This document shows positions 11,045 to 22,908 of a stretch of 64,000 nt of DNA, piece by piece; position 1 is the first letter of the stretch, and the number at the start of each line of letters is the position of its first letter. Both the position numbers and the translations under genes were made by a program. A model generated the notes under the pieces. It ran no database searches and was not told the origin of the DNA. It saw only the letters and a program-made list of their open reading frames with translations. Source of the DNA: Phoronis australis (Eukaryota; Animalia; Phoronida); the NCBI GenBank assembly GCA_002633005.1, contig NMRA01000086.1, positions 1 to 64,000 on the forward strand. Reading direction: 5' to 3'.

Positions 11045-12700
11045 ACAAGAGCAACGCAGAGCGTTGAAATGCACCCACGAATGCATTGCAAATGGTGTAG
11101 TTTTAGAGTTATTTATTTGCATCATAAAAATAGCCACTAGAAAGCGCAAAAACATACAATCTATCCAAAAACAGGAACATGCCATATTTCATAAAAATAT
11201 GTCAAGGAACTTCAGAGAAACAAAGGAAAACCGAATAAAATGAAATTGCCACTAGTGGACACATTGTCCATTCCATGCGCCTGAAAGTCGTAGTCGTCTG
11301 TTGTTATCTTCAAATAAACACACTTACTAAATTTAGTAAAGATCCTGCAGTGCCCTTACAAAAATGAACTTAAGTTTTCATCGAAAAACTTAACTTTTTG
11401 GCTAAAACTTAAGTATTTTGGAACAAGTTTGTTGGAACGAACTTAAGTTTTCATAACTTAAGTTTTTCAAAAACTTAAGTTCTGAAAACTTTAGTTTTAA
11501 AAACTTAAGTTTTGTGATAAACTTAAAGTTATCAGAAAAACTTAAGTTTTGTTAATACATGTAAACTTAAGTTATTACTTGAAACTTAAGCTTATTTGTG
11601 AAATCTTAAGTTTTACACCTGTAAAAACTTAAGTTTTTTGAAAAACTTAAGTTCTCTGAAAACCTTAACATTGTGCTGAAAAAATTAAGTTTTTCGGAAG
11701 AACTTAACAAGTTTTTCCTCTAAAACTTAAGTTATTTTCCAAAAACTTAAGTTTCTAGCGAAAAACTTAAGTTCGTTTTTGTAAAGGTGGGTTTAGGGGA
11801 TACAACTATGGGCGAAAACAAAACTACCACTAGGAGGCGCTACAGTAGTCAGCTACCATCATCAAAGGTCGTCTTCACACTGAGAACATATATGCCAATT
11901 TTCAAATGATTTGGTTGATACAGGGGTGGACGCCAAAAACAAGATTTGAAAACAGCAAAAATAGCCACTAGGTGGTGCAAAATACCTAGATTTCATCCAA
12001 AAACAGGAAGATAGCGTCATCACAACAATAGATGCCTATATTCAAAATTTTATGAAAATCTATTGAGGCCCTCAGATCTGACCGAAAGTCGCCGTCATCC
12101 GTAGTCAGCATAATATAAATACACTTGCTAAATTAAGTAATGACGCTTTAGGAGATACAGCCAAAGGCGCAAAAAAATGCCACTAGGAGGCGCCACAGTA
12201 GTCGAAATCGTCGGAAAATCATCGTCAACCGTCCTCTTTATAGTAAGCACATACATGTCAATTTTCACAATCATCCTTTGAGCGGTTTGGTTGATAGATG
12301 GGTGGACGCAAAAAAGCAGACTCGAAAACAGTAAAAATGGCCACTAGGTGGCGCAAACTAAGTCGAATCCATCCGAAAACAGGAGAATAGCGTCATCTCA
12401 CTTATAGGTGCCTACATACCAAATTTCACGAAAATCCGTAAACCACTTTTGAAGACTCAAAGGGAAGCGTAAAATACTAAAATTACCACTAGGGGACACA
12501 CCGGTAGTTGGATCCGTCCGAAAGTTCGCTTATGCTGTCCCATTTATAAATGGAACATATGTGTCAAATTTCATGAGCGTATGTCAACGGGTTTTGGAGA
12601 TAGAGCACCGGACGCCGGACGCCGCGGACGGACACCGCACGGACGGACCAACGGAGATGGCGGCATAATGCCTATTCACATAAATATGTGGGCGCATAAA
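11045..12700 (-). mobile_element. HINE family 1, second copy, containing a nested MITE
   Basis: Same termini (acaagagcaacgcagagcgttgaaatgcacccac ... cacataaatatgtgggcgcataaaa), the same subrepeats and the GGAC microsatellite. Confidence 0.8.
11353..11787. mobile_element. EnSpm/CACTA-like MITE made of palindromic AAACTTAAGTTT repeats
   Basis: TIRs CCCTTACAAAAATGAACTTAAG and CTTAAGTTCGTTTTTGTAAAGG with a 2-bp TSD TG. The empty site gatcctgcagtgggttt is in HINE copy 1 (~9228). Confidence 0.8.
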
Positions 12701-15314
12701 AAAGTCAAATACTTTGATTTAAATACCGTTCACACAACGAAAATGAAATGATCATATTTTAGACCACTAACACTATTGCTGAGATCACTTTAGGAATACT
12801 TTTATAACATTAAATTCGATTTTGTTATTGATACCGTTGTCTTACTATCAACGTGCCTTTGTTTTTTGCTAAGTTTTATGATTTTTGAGAGACTGTGCCC
12901 TGAAACCAGGTATGAAACAATGTACATCAACAAATACAAATGCTTGAATGATTGGCAAGTAGATTATTCACTTCGCTTTTCCAAATCAAACAAGTATTTG
13001 GTCATATTTTGATGGCACACTGGAGTACACACATGTTGTCGAAACAGGTAACTTCCAGCATGTTGACAGATGAACTGCACCATACCTTTTGGATCTGGTG
13101 TCAGTAGTGTTAGTGGTCTTACGGCACCTTTGGTATACTGTCACTGCTCGCTACGTTAGCTCCTCATGTTTTACATGTCAGCCAAAGTTCAGTTGTTCGA
13201 CTAAAAGGAAATCAACCCCTTAGAAGTGAAAAATCAATATGACCGGAATTGATACCTAAAAGTGAGAGATTTTGGGTCGATGGTATGACATCACGATATT
13301 CCTAGGTCTGAACGTTAACTAGACCAAAAGTCCCTAAATCCGAAGTTCCACACAAGTCCGAAAGTCTAACAATTTGAAAGCTTAAAGTTCGAACTTTCAG
13401 GACACGAGGTTCTGAACAGTGATTTCGAGCAAGATGTTCGGAGCTTACATACATGTACACATGTCCGTTTGAAACTAGTTATTTGAAGAGCCTATGGTAC
13501 TCAAAAGGATCCAAACAAAGTACGGCAATGGTCACTGAGCTGCATCTTACATTTTCAAATTTTGGTTTACAGCCACTAAAAGTATGGTGCTTCGCTGTCG
13601 ATGACTTTGAATCGCTTGTGGGTGTCATGGACCTTTGGATTAGCTTCGAAATAACTGACTTTTCTGTCTGTTTGAATTCTGGACCTTTATAAAACAATTT
13701 TCATTCGTCGCATAATTTGCCTTCAGGCCTCTGAACCTTCACAGTATCGAGCTCGATCCTATTTACACTAATGTGTTATGATTCGCAAGCTACACCAATT
13801 ACATGCTTAATTTTAGTCTTCGGTAATTTATTTCGGTCTTCCATCGTTCTTCTTCCGTTTTGGTTATCCGTGGGTAGCATGACATCCTTGTTGCGTAAAT
13901 AAACAAAAACCGGCATTAATAACAATCGAGGAATCAACTAATGTTTTCAATTTGCAACTCGAATAGTATTACTAACTGAAAAATCCTCGTCAATATCACG
14001 GCAGCCACTTCTCAGCTCCATTTGATTGCGGCATCTGCAGAGGAATTCAAATAATACTATTCAGCATGCGACCTTGAACGTCATTTGGATTTTTTCATGC
14101 TGTCTTTCTTGTAATGTCAGGGCTTGTGTTAGTATGTTAGGGCAATTGTTAGTCAGGGTTAGAATGAGCGTTAGCGTCAACGCGAATATACCAGCAAGAC
14201 AAGTAACATACAATGTACGTCTAGAGCAAATGAATGGTAATAGATTTGATGGATGGAGAGATCTATCTATTAAGTACACGTGCGTCATCACCAACCAAGC
14301 ACCAATACTTGAGTACAACCAAGAGCACGACTAAAATACAGTCAATTCTCAATACTTGAAATTAACTGCAAAATTGAAGATCTGTTTACCACACAGAGTT
14401 ATCAAAGGTGGGGAATTGTAACTGCAAGAAACAGCCAGACAAAACTGATATCAATAACGAAAGTTAATCACCTCCATCGTCCTTCATGTATTGGGTAAGA
14501 CAGCATCTCATGGCGTGCGCCTTCACGCAAGAGGCAACTCCCGTGATTTTTTTTACCTTTCCGACTCTGGTGGCTCAGCAACATCTTTGGTTAGCTGCTA
14601 GTGTTGGCGAGGTCAGGGTCGTCCTTGTTTAGGTCACGTATGACTATAGAAAAAATGTCAACATTTCTCTAACTTTAAAATAGCTGTTCAAGTTGATGTA
14701 TACTTTCAAATACTATGATTAAACACTGTTCAAAAAACTCATGAAATGATTATATTTTAGAACATTTACAGTGTTTCACTCCTGGAACATTTTTATCAAA
14801 TGAATATCCACTTTGTTATTAATACCGTTGTCTTACTATCAATGTACCTTTTTAGCAGAAATTTACGTTTCTTTGGAAACTGCCTTGAAACCAGGTGTGA
14901 AACAGTGTACACGAATAAAGACAGATGCCTGAATGACTGGCGAGTAGATTTACTTCGCTTTTCCAAATCAAACAAGTGTTTGTTCATATTTTGATGGCTC
15001 ATACGAATACAGTAGACCGAACCGGTGACTTCCAGCTGAACGGTACCATAACTCTTGGCTCTGGTGTCATTCGTTGTCCTGTAGCACCATTTGTAAACTG
15101 CTCCCGACGTCAGGTCCCGCATGTTAATTGTAGACTGGTCAGCCAAAGTCCTGTCTTTTGACGAATGGCCAAGTCGGAACAAACAACTGCAAAAAGGTAA
15201 AGGAAAAAAATTCTTTAGAAACTATAAAACCTATAGTACCTCATTGCCCTCAGTTAACAACGACAAGTGAGAAAGAGTGAGACCCGAAGGTATGAAATCA
15301 CGGTCGTCATGGTT

Positions 15315-15400
15315 CCGGACGGACGCCAGACGGACGCCGGACGGACGCCGGACGGAGATGACGGCATAATGCGTCCACATATAAATGTGTGGGCGCATAA
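15315..15400 (-). mobile_element. HINE family 1 terminal fragment
   Basis: GGACGCC microsatellite followed by gcataatgcgtccacatataaatgtgtgggcgcataa. Confidence 0.75.
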
Positions 15401-15719
15401 TAACGCACTAGTTAATCAAACTCCAGTAGTTTGACAAAAAGCGAAGTCCGCTTACATAAGATCTTCTAATTAGCCTATACAAATACCAGTTTTCTGCCCT
15501 GTGGTTTGAAACCAGTTATAAAACCATGCACAGGAATACTTTCAATAGATCGTACAAGTACAACCATGTAGCCGAAAGCTAAAACTTCCGGTATGCTTTC
15601 AGATGAGACACACCATACCTTTTGACTGGTTTGTTTGGTTCACAGTTATTCGGATATCATCGTGATTCATTCGGAAGTTAGTGCCGCCCGTAATTACGAT
15701 TGCAATTACAATAGAGACT

Positions 15720-16424
15720 GGGCTCGTGTTTTACGACCGTAATCGTTAAATCCAATGAGAAATTGGTTTCTAGTTTACGTGAGCTCAGCAGAAATTCTAC
15801 GCTCGAAATTTTACGTTCGTATTTTTCGCTCGTAATTTTAGCAAGTAGCTGTTTGATTCAAGTACCAGTCCACGAGATCACCAACATTTGATATTGTTTT
15901 GTGGTGCAAATGGTTTGTTATCCAATTGTCTTGAATAAAGAATGAATAATTTACCACCAGCATTTGGAAACTCTACTGCATTACCCCCCCCCNNNTGAAC
16001 CAATGTTTTTGCAATGTCATATTATCTGCACGCACTGTTAAGAGCAAGAAAACGAAACTTGGCCCAAATAATGAAAAAGCATGGTATTTTTAACAAATGA
16101 AATAAGACAACCTGCTAGCACCTCAGTATGTACTAAAACGGACCACTTTCAAATGCATGGGATAGCTAGGGCAGCAAGTAAAAAAAAATTCAGTCAGTCA
16201 TCGATATTTTTCTATCTTTTGCTCTGATAAACTTTGCACCTGGGATTTTATCTTCTGAATACTTCATAATATGTGCAAAAATACGAGCGTAAAATAACGA
16301 ACATAAAATTACTAGTGTAAAATGACGAACGTAAATTTACGAGAATGCAACTGCTTCAGAGCGCACGTAAACTACAGACCAATTTATCATTGGATACCAG
16401 AATTACGGTAGTAAAACGCTAGAT
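15720..16424. mobile_element. Degenerate MITE with long imperfect inverted repeats
   Basis: gtgttttacgaccgtaat..tccaatgagaaattggtttctagtttacgtgagctc is inverted at gagcgcacgtaaactacagaccaatttatcattggata..attacggtagtaaaacgc. Internal tacgagcgtaaaat-type subrepeats; NNN near 15993. Confidence 0.6.
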
Positions 16425-19400
16425 TTATAATAGTCAAGCAATCACAGAAATAAGGAAATAGGGTGCAAGTTCCACTTTAAATCACTAGTCTCTGGTGTCA
16501 TAGACCCTTAGACTAGTTTCGAACTAACTAGTTTTACATTCTGTCGGATTTGTGAATCTTCGGCCTTCACAGGGCCTTTTAAAAATATTTTCATTTGTCG
16601 GATTATGGGCCTTTGGACTTGTGAAATTTCTTAGTATCTACGTATTGCACTGTGACACGCAAGCAACATTATATTACCTTCTTAATTTTATTCTTCGGTC
16701 GTTGATTTTCGTCTTCCGTCCTTCTTCATCCATTTTGGTTAGCCATGGCTCGCAGATTACCGTTGGGGGTATGGGTAGGGTGTAAGTATACAAAGTGCAT
16801 TAATAAAATTTACAAGCAATTGACAAATCAAATATTGTTTTCAATTTGCCAAACGGAGACTAATTGGAAACTCCTTTCTTCCCTACCTTGGCAGACATCG
16901 ATCAGGGAACCAATCCTGGTTGTGGCGTCTGCAGAGGAATTCAATTAACACCATTCAACATGCATTTTGCGACTTTGAACGATGTGTTCATTCATGCTGT
17001 CTCTCTTATTATATGTTAGGACACCTGTTAGTACGTTAGTGCAATTGTTAGTAGGGGTTAGAAAGAGCAGCAAGTAACAACCGTCATGTGCAAGCAAATT
17101 ATAATAAAATTGATAGATGGATATATCTATCCATTGAAATGCATGTGCGTCGTCGACCCATGTATACAACCCACAGTGCAATTAAATACAGCCAACACTT
17201 AAAATATATTACAACAAACCGGACACCACACTGTTTTCACGGGTGGAGAATTGTCATCCAGACTAAAATTTGATGAATAACGGAACTTACACACCTGCAT
17301 CATTCGGCATGTATCGGATAAGACATCATCTCATTCTGCGCGCGATCTCGGAAATTGCCACAATCTGACACAGCAGGTCGTTCTACTCAAAGGGAAAATT
17401 TCTATTGGTCATTCTATTACTCCTCGGAAGGGGTTGTAGCTCCTTCCAATAAAATCTGGGCACTTACAGACTGTTGTATATCAGTAATTATTTAAAGTAT
17501 ATCTGAAATAATTATCAAGTTACAACTGCTGGAGAAGACATTTACAAATTCAACCAAGCCATCGAAGTGCAACAGCTAGATGACCACGTCGTTACACCAT
17601 CCAAATCAATAAACCCGTCTTTTACAAATTCTGAATACTGTAAGTGTGTTCTCAATGGAAGTCATATGTGATCGTGCAGTGAAGACTCTGGCGGATAGAT
17701 CTTTGTGGAAACTGCATTTCAATGGGATACCTTCAAAAACCGCATGTGGGCTACGACGAAGTCATGACACGGGTCGTTCATCGGTATTGTTTCGTGGACA
17801 GGAGATTTGCCTTAAAGGCGGTGGTACCTCAAACAATTGACGGGCAGGGAGATGTTTTTGTAGCAAATCCGTCAACTTCAAGAGCCATGTCTTTCGATTT
17901 AGTGAACTCGTATTGCTTTCCACTACCAGGCTCTACCCAGTGGCGTATTTAGGTGGGGGAGGGGCATCACGTGACCTATAGTTAAGTCTAGTAATATTGA
18001 CCGGGACTTTCTGCTAGCTGAAGGTTAGCAGAAAGTTTATAAAGTAGCACTGGATTTCTAAAAATAGGATTCATTTTCTAAAATAGTTTTGAATTTCTAA
18101 AATACCTTTGAATAGGATTGAATTTATATAACAGGATTGAATTTATAGAGTTGCATTGAATTTTCAGTAGGATTGATTTTTATTTCAACTAAGAGTGAAT
18201 TGATTAAAGAGCATTGAGTTTACAAAATAGGATTTTTATTTTTAAATAATATTTGCCTCTTCTGCTGCCCGTATAAACCACTCCTCTCATGCAAAACTCA
18301 TTTCCCAGTCTGAATTTTGCGCCGCGTACCTGCTAACTATCGAGTTTTTGGCTGTCGCAGAACCGGCAACACGCCCCAGAATTGGCTGAGAGTGGGCTAG
18401 GCAATTATATCGCCGATGCACGCCGTAGACGTACAGCCAGCCGAGGGGTTACCTGTTGTCTAGCATTGGGCATGTGAAATCATGATTTCAAAATAATCCT
18501 TGTTGTAAAATCAGTACCGTGCAGAACGGGGTGTGGTTGGGCGACGGGGCGACAGCCACGGGCATCGATCCGCATCAGGGGGTCATCCAATTACTATGAA
18601 TAAACTTTTTGAAATTGTGACTGATTTGTAATTGAATAAAGTTTCTATGTTATGCTTCGTCTTTTTTATTTTTCTTAGTACAAGGGTGCTGCATTCATTT
18701 GAATATAGAAGATCGAGGCATGCAATGAAAAAATCGCCCCAAACCTCTGCACGCTACTGTGTGTATTTTGCCTACCGGCAACTTGTTAACTACTTGGCAT
18801 TTGGAAGAGGATCAAGAATTTGTGCCCTGACCGTTTCCTATCTGTCGACGGGGGTAAGCCGAGACGTCGCACCGGCGCCTCGACGGCCGGCCAGGGTAGC
18901 GCTGTATTAGTTGAGTGGCGGTCTTGTGAGTGGGATGTGATGAGGTGGGGCTCCAACAACAATAAATCCCAAAAAACGGCATTACTGACATTGTCTTGTC
19001 TTGCACCGCGACCCCGGTGGGCCCCCCTAAATCTGTCAGTCTCAGTGTAATGCAGGCCTAGTGAACACTGAAATGTCGGACCGAAATTGCATCTCAGTAA
19101 TCTTTGCACCGTTGAATCACTTAGGCAAATCCCAGGTGTCCCAGGTAAAAACCCTGACATGAGAATCCGACACAACTGAAGCCCGTGGAGCCGAACCTTC
19201 AAACTATGTTGTTTTTCTTCCTGTGCCCCAGCCAGGGGCCTAAAACACATTTGGTCGGATTAGAAATACCGCCTTTCATAAAATAGAACGAAAGAAAAGA
19301 GTGCCAGACGCATATAACTTACTTCTGTATCAGTAATGTTACCCAGAGAGATTCGTTTTGGGTTTACTGCAACTCGAATGAATAGTAGACTCGGCACAAG

Positions 19401-20164
19401 TGACCCAGCGATCTCTATCAGGTTGAGGCTGCGTGGGTGAAAGCGTGTTTTCCGATTGTTCACTTCATGTTTAGTTCCGTTAATTCTCACCGCGAAACTC
19501 GTGGGTTTGAGTGTACTTAATTTATTTCAACGTGGATGACATTGCATATTGTAGAAAGGTATGAAAAACCGTGTCATTGGCTGTGCTGCCAAACCGTTTG
19601 TTCCTACAATGGATTGTTGCACTTTTAGATGTTTTTGACCGTGTATAATAATTTTGTAACACAACATCTAACTAAACAAGCACTTATTTTGGGAAATAAT
19701 TGAGTAATTATGTATTTTAAAGAAAAATTAATGATCCTTTGGTTTTCCGCCAGGTGATGCCATCAATGGAAGACCTTACAAAGACGTAGAGCGAGCTTGA
19801 CGAGTATTATGAAGACAGGTTTGGAGATGGGGGTGAAGACGACACTCAGGCCATAAATAAAACAGGTAATGAGTTAGACCTGTTCGCCAAGAAACGCAGG
19901 AGTCCACTCTCCACGAACCGACTGAAATTACTGAAGATACCGCTCAAAATTGGAATTCCGAAGTTACAGTCATGCATATACTTTCTACTGTTACTGTGGA
20001 ATATACTTCTCACCTGGTTGAGAAGTCATTTTTCACCACGGTGGAAAGCACAACAAAAGTAAAAAACGTCATGTACCGGCCGCCGTGGTGTACACTCAGT
20101 GTTTCACTATAGTTTTGAGTAATTGTCAAATGTTATTTTATTCAAAGAAAAGTTTTAAAATTTA

Positions 20165-20242
<78 letters not shown>
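20165..20242. repeat. (ATT)n microsatellite, about 26 units
   Basis: Direct reading. Confidence 0.98.
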
Positions 20243-20243
<1 letters not shown>

Positions 20244-20889
20244 AAACTAACATGTTTCATTTTGTCTACGCCGCGCGTGCATATGTGTCGTAACTACGCC
20301 TCTGATTTGGAACAACAAAGTTTTTTGAATGTAGAAGACTGATATGAAAAACTCTGAGAGTGTCTGTCGAAGTCTTCAAAAGATTTTGTTGTAAGAAAAT
20401 GCATTCTTTCGCAGAGGTATTTTCAGAAACGTATCCTTTCGTAGGGAGATTGGGTCTGAAAAAGTTAACCTTATGAGCACCACGTCATAGGCTTTTGTAT
20501 GGAAGAACTCCCGGGTTCCTTGATAAGATTTGACTGTAAACTAGTGCTGTGCGTGAACTTCGTGTATGTGTGAACTTGGAATACACGAGGAAACTTGACA
20601 AGTTTTCTCAAATAATCACGTTCATGTTGATAAAAATTTGCACTTCATCAAATCAAATTACGTTTAATAAAATAACGCATCCTTTTGCAACTCAGTACTA
20701 GCGGATCTTGTCAAGTGATTTAACCATATTCCCCCGATTCCTTGACACAAGTCACGCTTAAGGAGAAACTGGGTGATCACGAGGCCAATAATTACAAAAA
20801 GTCCTTACATTGAACAAAAAAATTCACCTGATTAACCAAATGAATAATCAATTCCAAGTTCGCGCATATATACAACAAACCCACTGCCA

Positions 20890-20968
20890 AGCGCTGTTGT
20901 GCATTGGACTGACGAGTGGTGGCGCTGATTTCAAAATGGATGGAAAACATTTCCTGGTTTACGTATGT
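20890..20968 (+). promoter_or_regulatory. Candidate calpain-7 transcription start and non-coding first exon
   Basis: YY1-like caaaatgg at ~20932 followed by a donor-like tac|gtatgt at ~20962. The first coding exon begins right after an acceptor (ccacag at 22901-22906), so an upstream exon is required. Confidence 0.3.
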
Positions 20969-22908
20969 TTTGTCTAAGAGTGTTAAACAAAACAGCTTTA
21001 CGTGAAATAATCGATTCTTTCCATGATTTTCACCTTTGTATAATAGTTATCTTTGAATCTGTGAGTTCTTAGGGTTTACAGGACAATGGGCTTATCACAG
21101 TGTTTAAAGCAGCAACAAAACCGCGTTCCGAAGGAAAATTAAACTTCTTAAAGGCTTTTCGACTTTCGTTTCGATTAAATCGTTAAGAACTAAAGAAGTC
21201 GTTTAGACCACTTATCGCGTTTGTCTCAACTTTTTCGTTGCTCAGATTAGATGGGTTTTGATCTTGCAAATGTTTCCAGTTCATACTAAACCTGTAAGAC
21301 CGTCTTTTCTGAGATTTGCTTCAGTCCAGATTTCAGAGTACGTGCGCGGTTACGGTGACTTTAATGATTAGTCGGTAATAGTTCCTGATTTGAGAACCAG
21401 CTACTCCCACTGAATAACCCCGCTATTCAGTGGTAGTAATTAATTCTCAAAATTAATTTAAATCGGGGACCCACCTATCCGACTGTTACTGATTACTAGC
21501 TAGGTAGTCATTACACACATGATTGGATCCCTCAGTGGCCAGAATGGATTAAAGAAACCCCAATGCAATCTTGGAACTACTAGTACTATCACAGCTATTC
21601 TGTATGACCGATTACTGCACATATCATATGTGCACAGTCATAGTGACTATCCTCAGTCGCACATAGCAACAAGCACATCTGAACCTCTAAACTTCACACA
21701 CTCCAAACAAGTTGCTCTTCAATCGCTCTAAACTCCTGGGATGTGACCGAGACTTTGACTAATGTCGTTACTGTACATTCACTGTAGGGCACTCGCTACA
21801 CAAAGAATGACCCTTTGCAACATTCTATGAGACCAAGCTCGATGAATAACATGACAAGCCATGACAAATCGAGCTTGTAGAACCTTGTCTCAAGCAACAA
21901 TGAACTGTTAGTTCAGTTTCTAAGCCCAGAAATCACACTGATTTTGACTAAAGAACCAATTTCATAATGGTAAGTGGTCTAGATCAAAGCTGGTTTGACA
22001 CTGGTCAAATATAGTGGCATATTATTTTTGAAAACCGGGCCCGTTATTCAATGTGTTGTACCACTTGACTTTCTGGTGTAGAGTTGAACAAAGCCTTTCC
22101 GATATTTGTTTGCCAATAGGCAACTTGATTATTGGTTTGGACACTTGGCTCACATATATGCAAGTGATAATGGGTTCAAGTCTCTTACTGGTGGATTTTC
22201 AACATTGGTGCTCAACTGAAGTGAGACTCGCGAAACCCTGAGAGGTGTGCAAGGCTTCCAAGTGGCTGATGGAAAGGGTTTTGGCCTAGTGTTGTTAAAT
22301 TCACGACTTAGGAAGAGCGCTACTGTGTGTAAATTCCTGAACACAGTGTAGTATCGCTTCAGGGCAAACTCCAAGACACAAGTGTTGCAGATATCTGTAG
22401 CCAGGAGGTTCTAGTACATCTGTTATGTGGAAGGGGGGGGGGAGTGTTGTATCACATGACTTCCTAGTGTGACGTAGAGTCGAATAAAACCTTTCCAAAC
22501 TGTTTTTGTATATGTAATTGCCTATTGATCGATTTGTTTGGATACTTGGCTCACGTGCTGGTGATACTGGGTTCCGGAAGTCCTGTTACTTATATGTTTT
22601 GCAACTAGTGGATGAAAGTGGTTCTCCAAATCAGTATTTTTTATGGAAAGCAGGTTTATAGCCACTTTAAACACTGACATGTTCAATTCTGTAGTGTTAC
22701 TGTTAGTAGTGTTGAAGTACTGTTCAAGGTCAAGATACAAGAAGTCTTAAGATTGTTTCGGTATGACTATTATGTTTCATAAAATTTCTGCAACAGTGGT
22801 CCTGTACTTAAACACGTCCGATGTTGAATAAATCAGTTTTCCTTCAGTTTCAGATGTCTATAAGGCTAGCATTCATTTCTTGAAGTATTTATTATCTAAC
22901 CCACAGTG

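Larger units (their letters stand above)
3850..17350. repeat. Decayed head-to-tail array of a ~2-kb unit, about 4-5 partial copies, riddled with TE insertions
   Basis: Markers recur in the same order. ctgaaaccaggtgtgaaac: ~4944, 10700, 12899, 14885. ccgttttggttatccgtgg: ~6824, 8561, 13855, 16730. gtggcatctgcagaggaatt: ~7024, 8763, 14028, 16922. cggaagaggcaact: ~5023, 7494, 8850, 14525. The uninterrupted period 12899-14885 is about 2.0 kb. Confidence 0.85.

Noticed and set aside
13260-14320. Sulfotransferase identity for the 2-kb array unit
   Set aside because: Only a vague resemblance (TM anchor, C...RL.DL); the diagnostic PAPS-binding motifs could not be found.
19754-19865. Exon-like segment with acceptor and donor
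   Set aside because: Stops in the frames I checked and no recognisable motif or partner exons.
20085-20342. Poly-isoleucine ORF
   Set aside because: Translation of the (ATT)n microsatellite.
22128-22620. Two diverged ~90-bp copies with a B-box-like gggttc (tRNA/SINE candidate); similar motif near 41810
   Set aside because: No cloverleaf or clear A-box; too degenerate to call.
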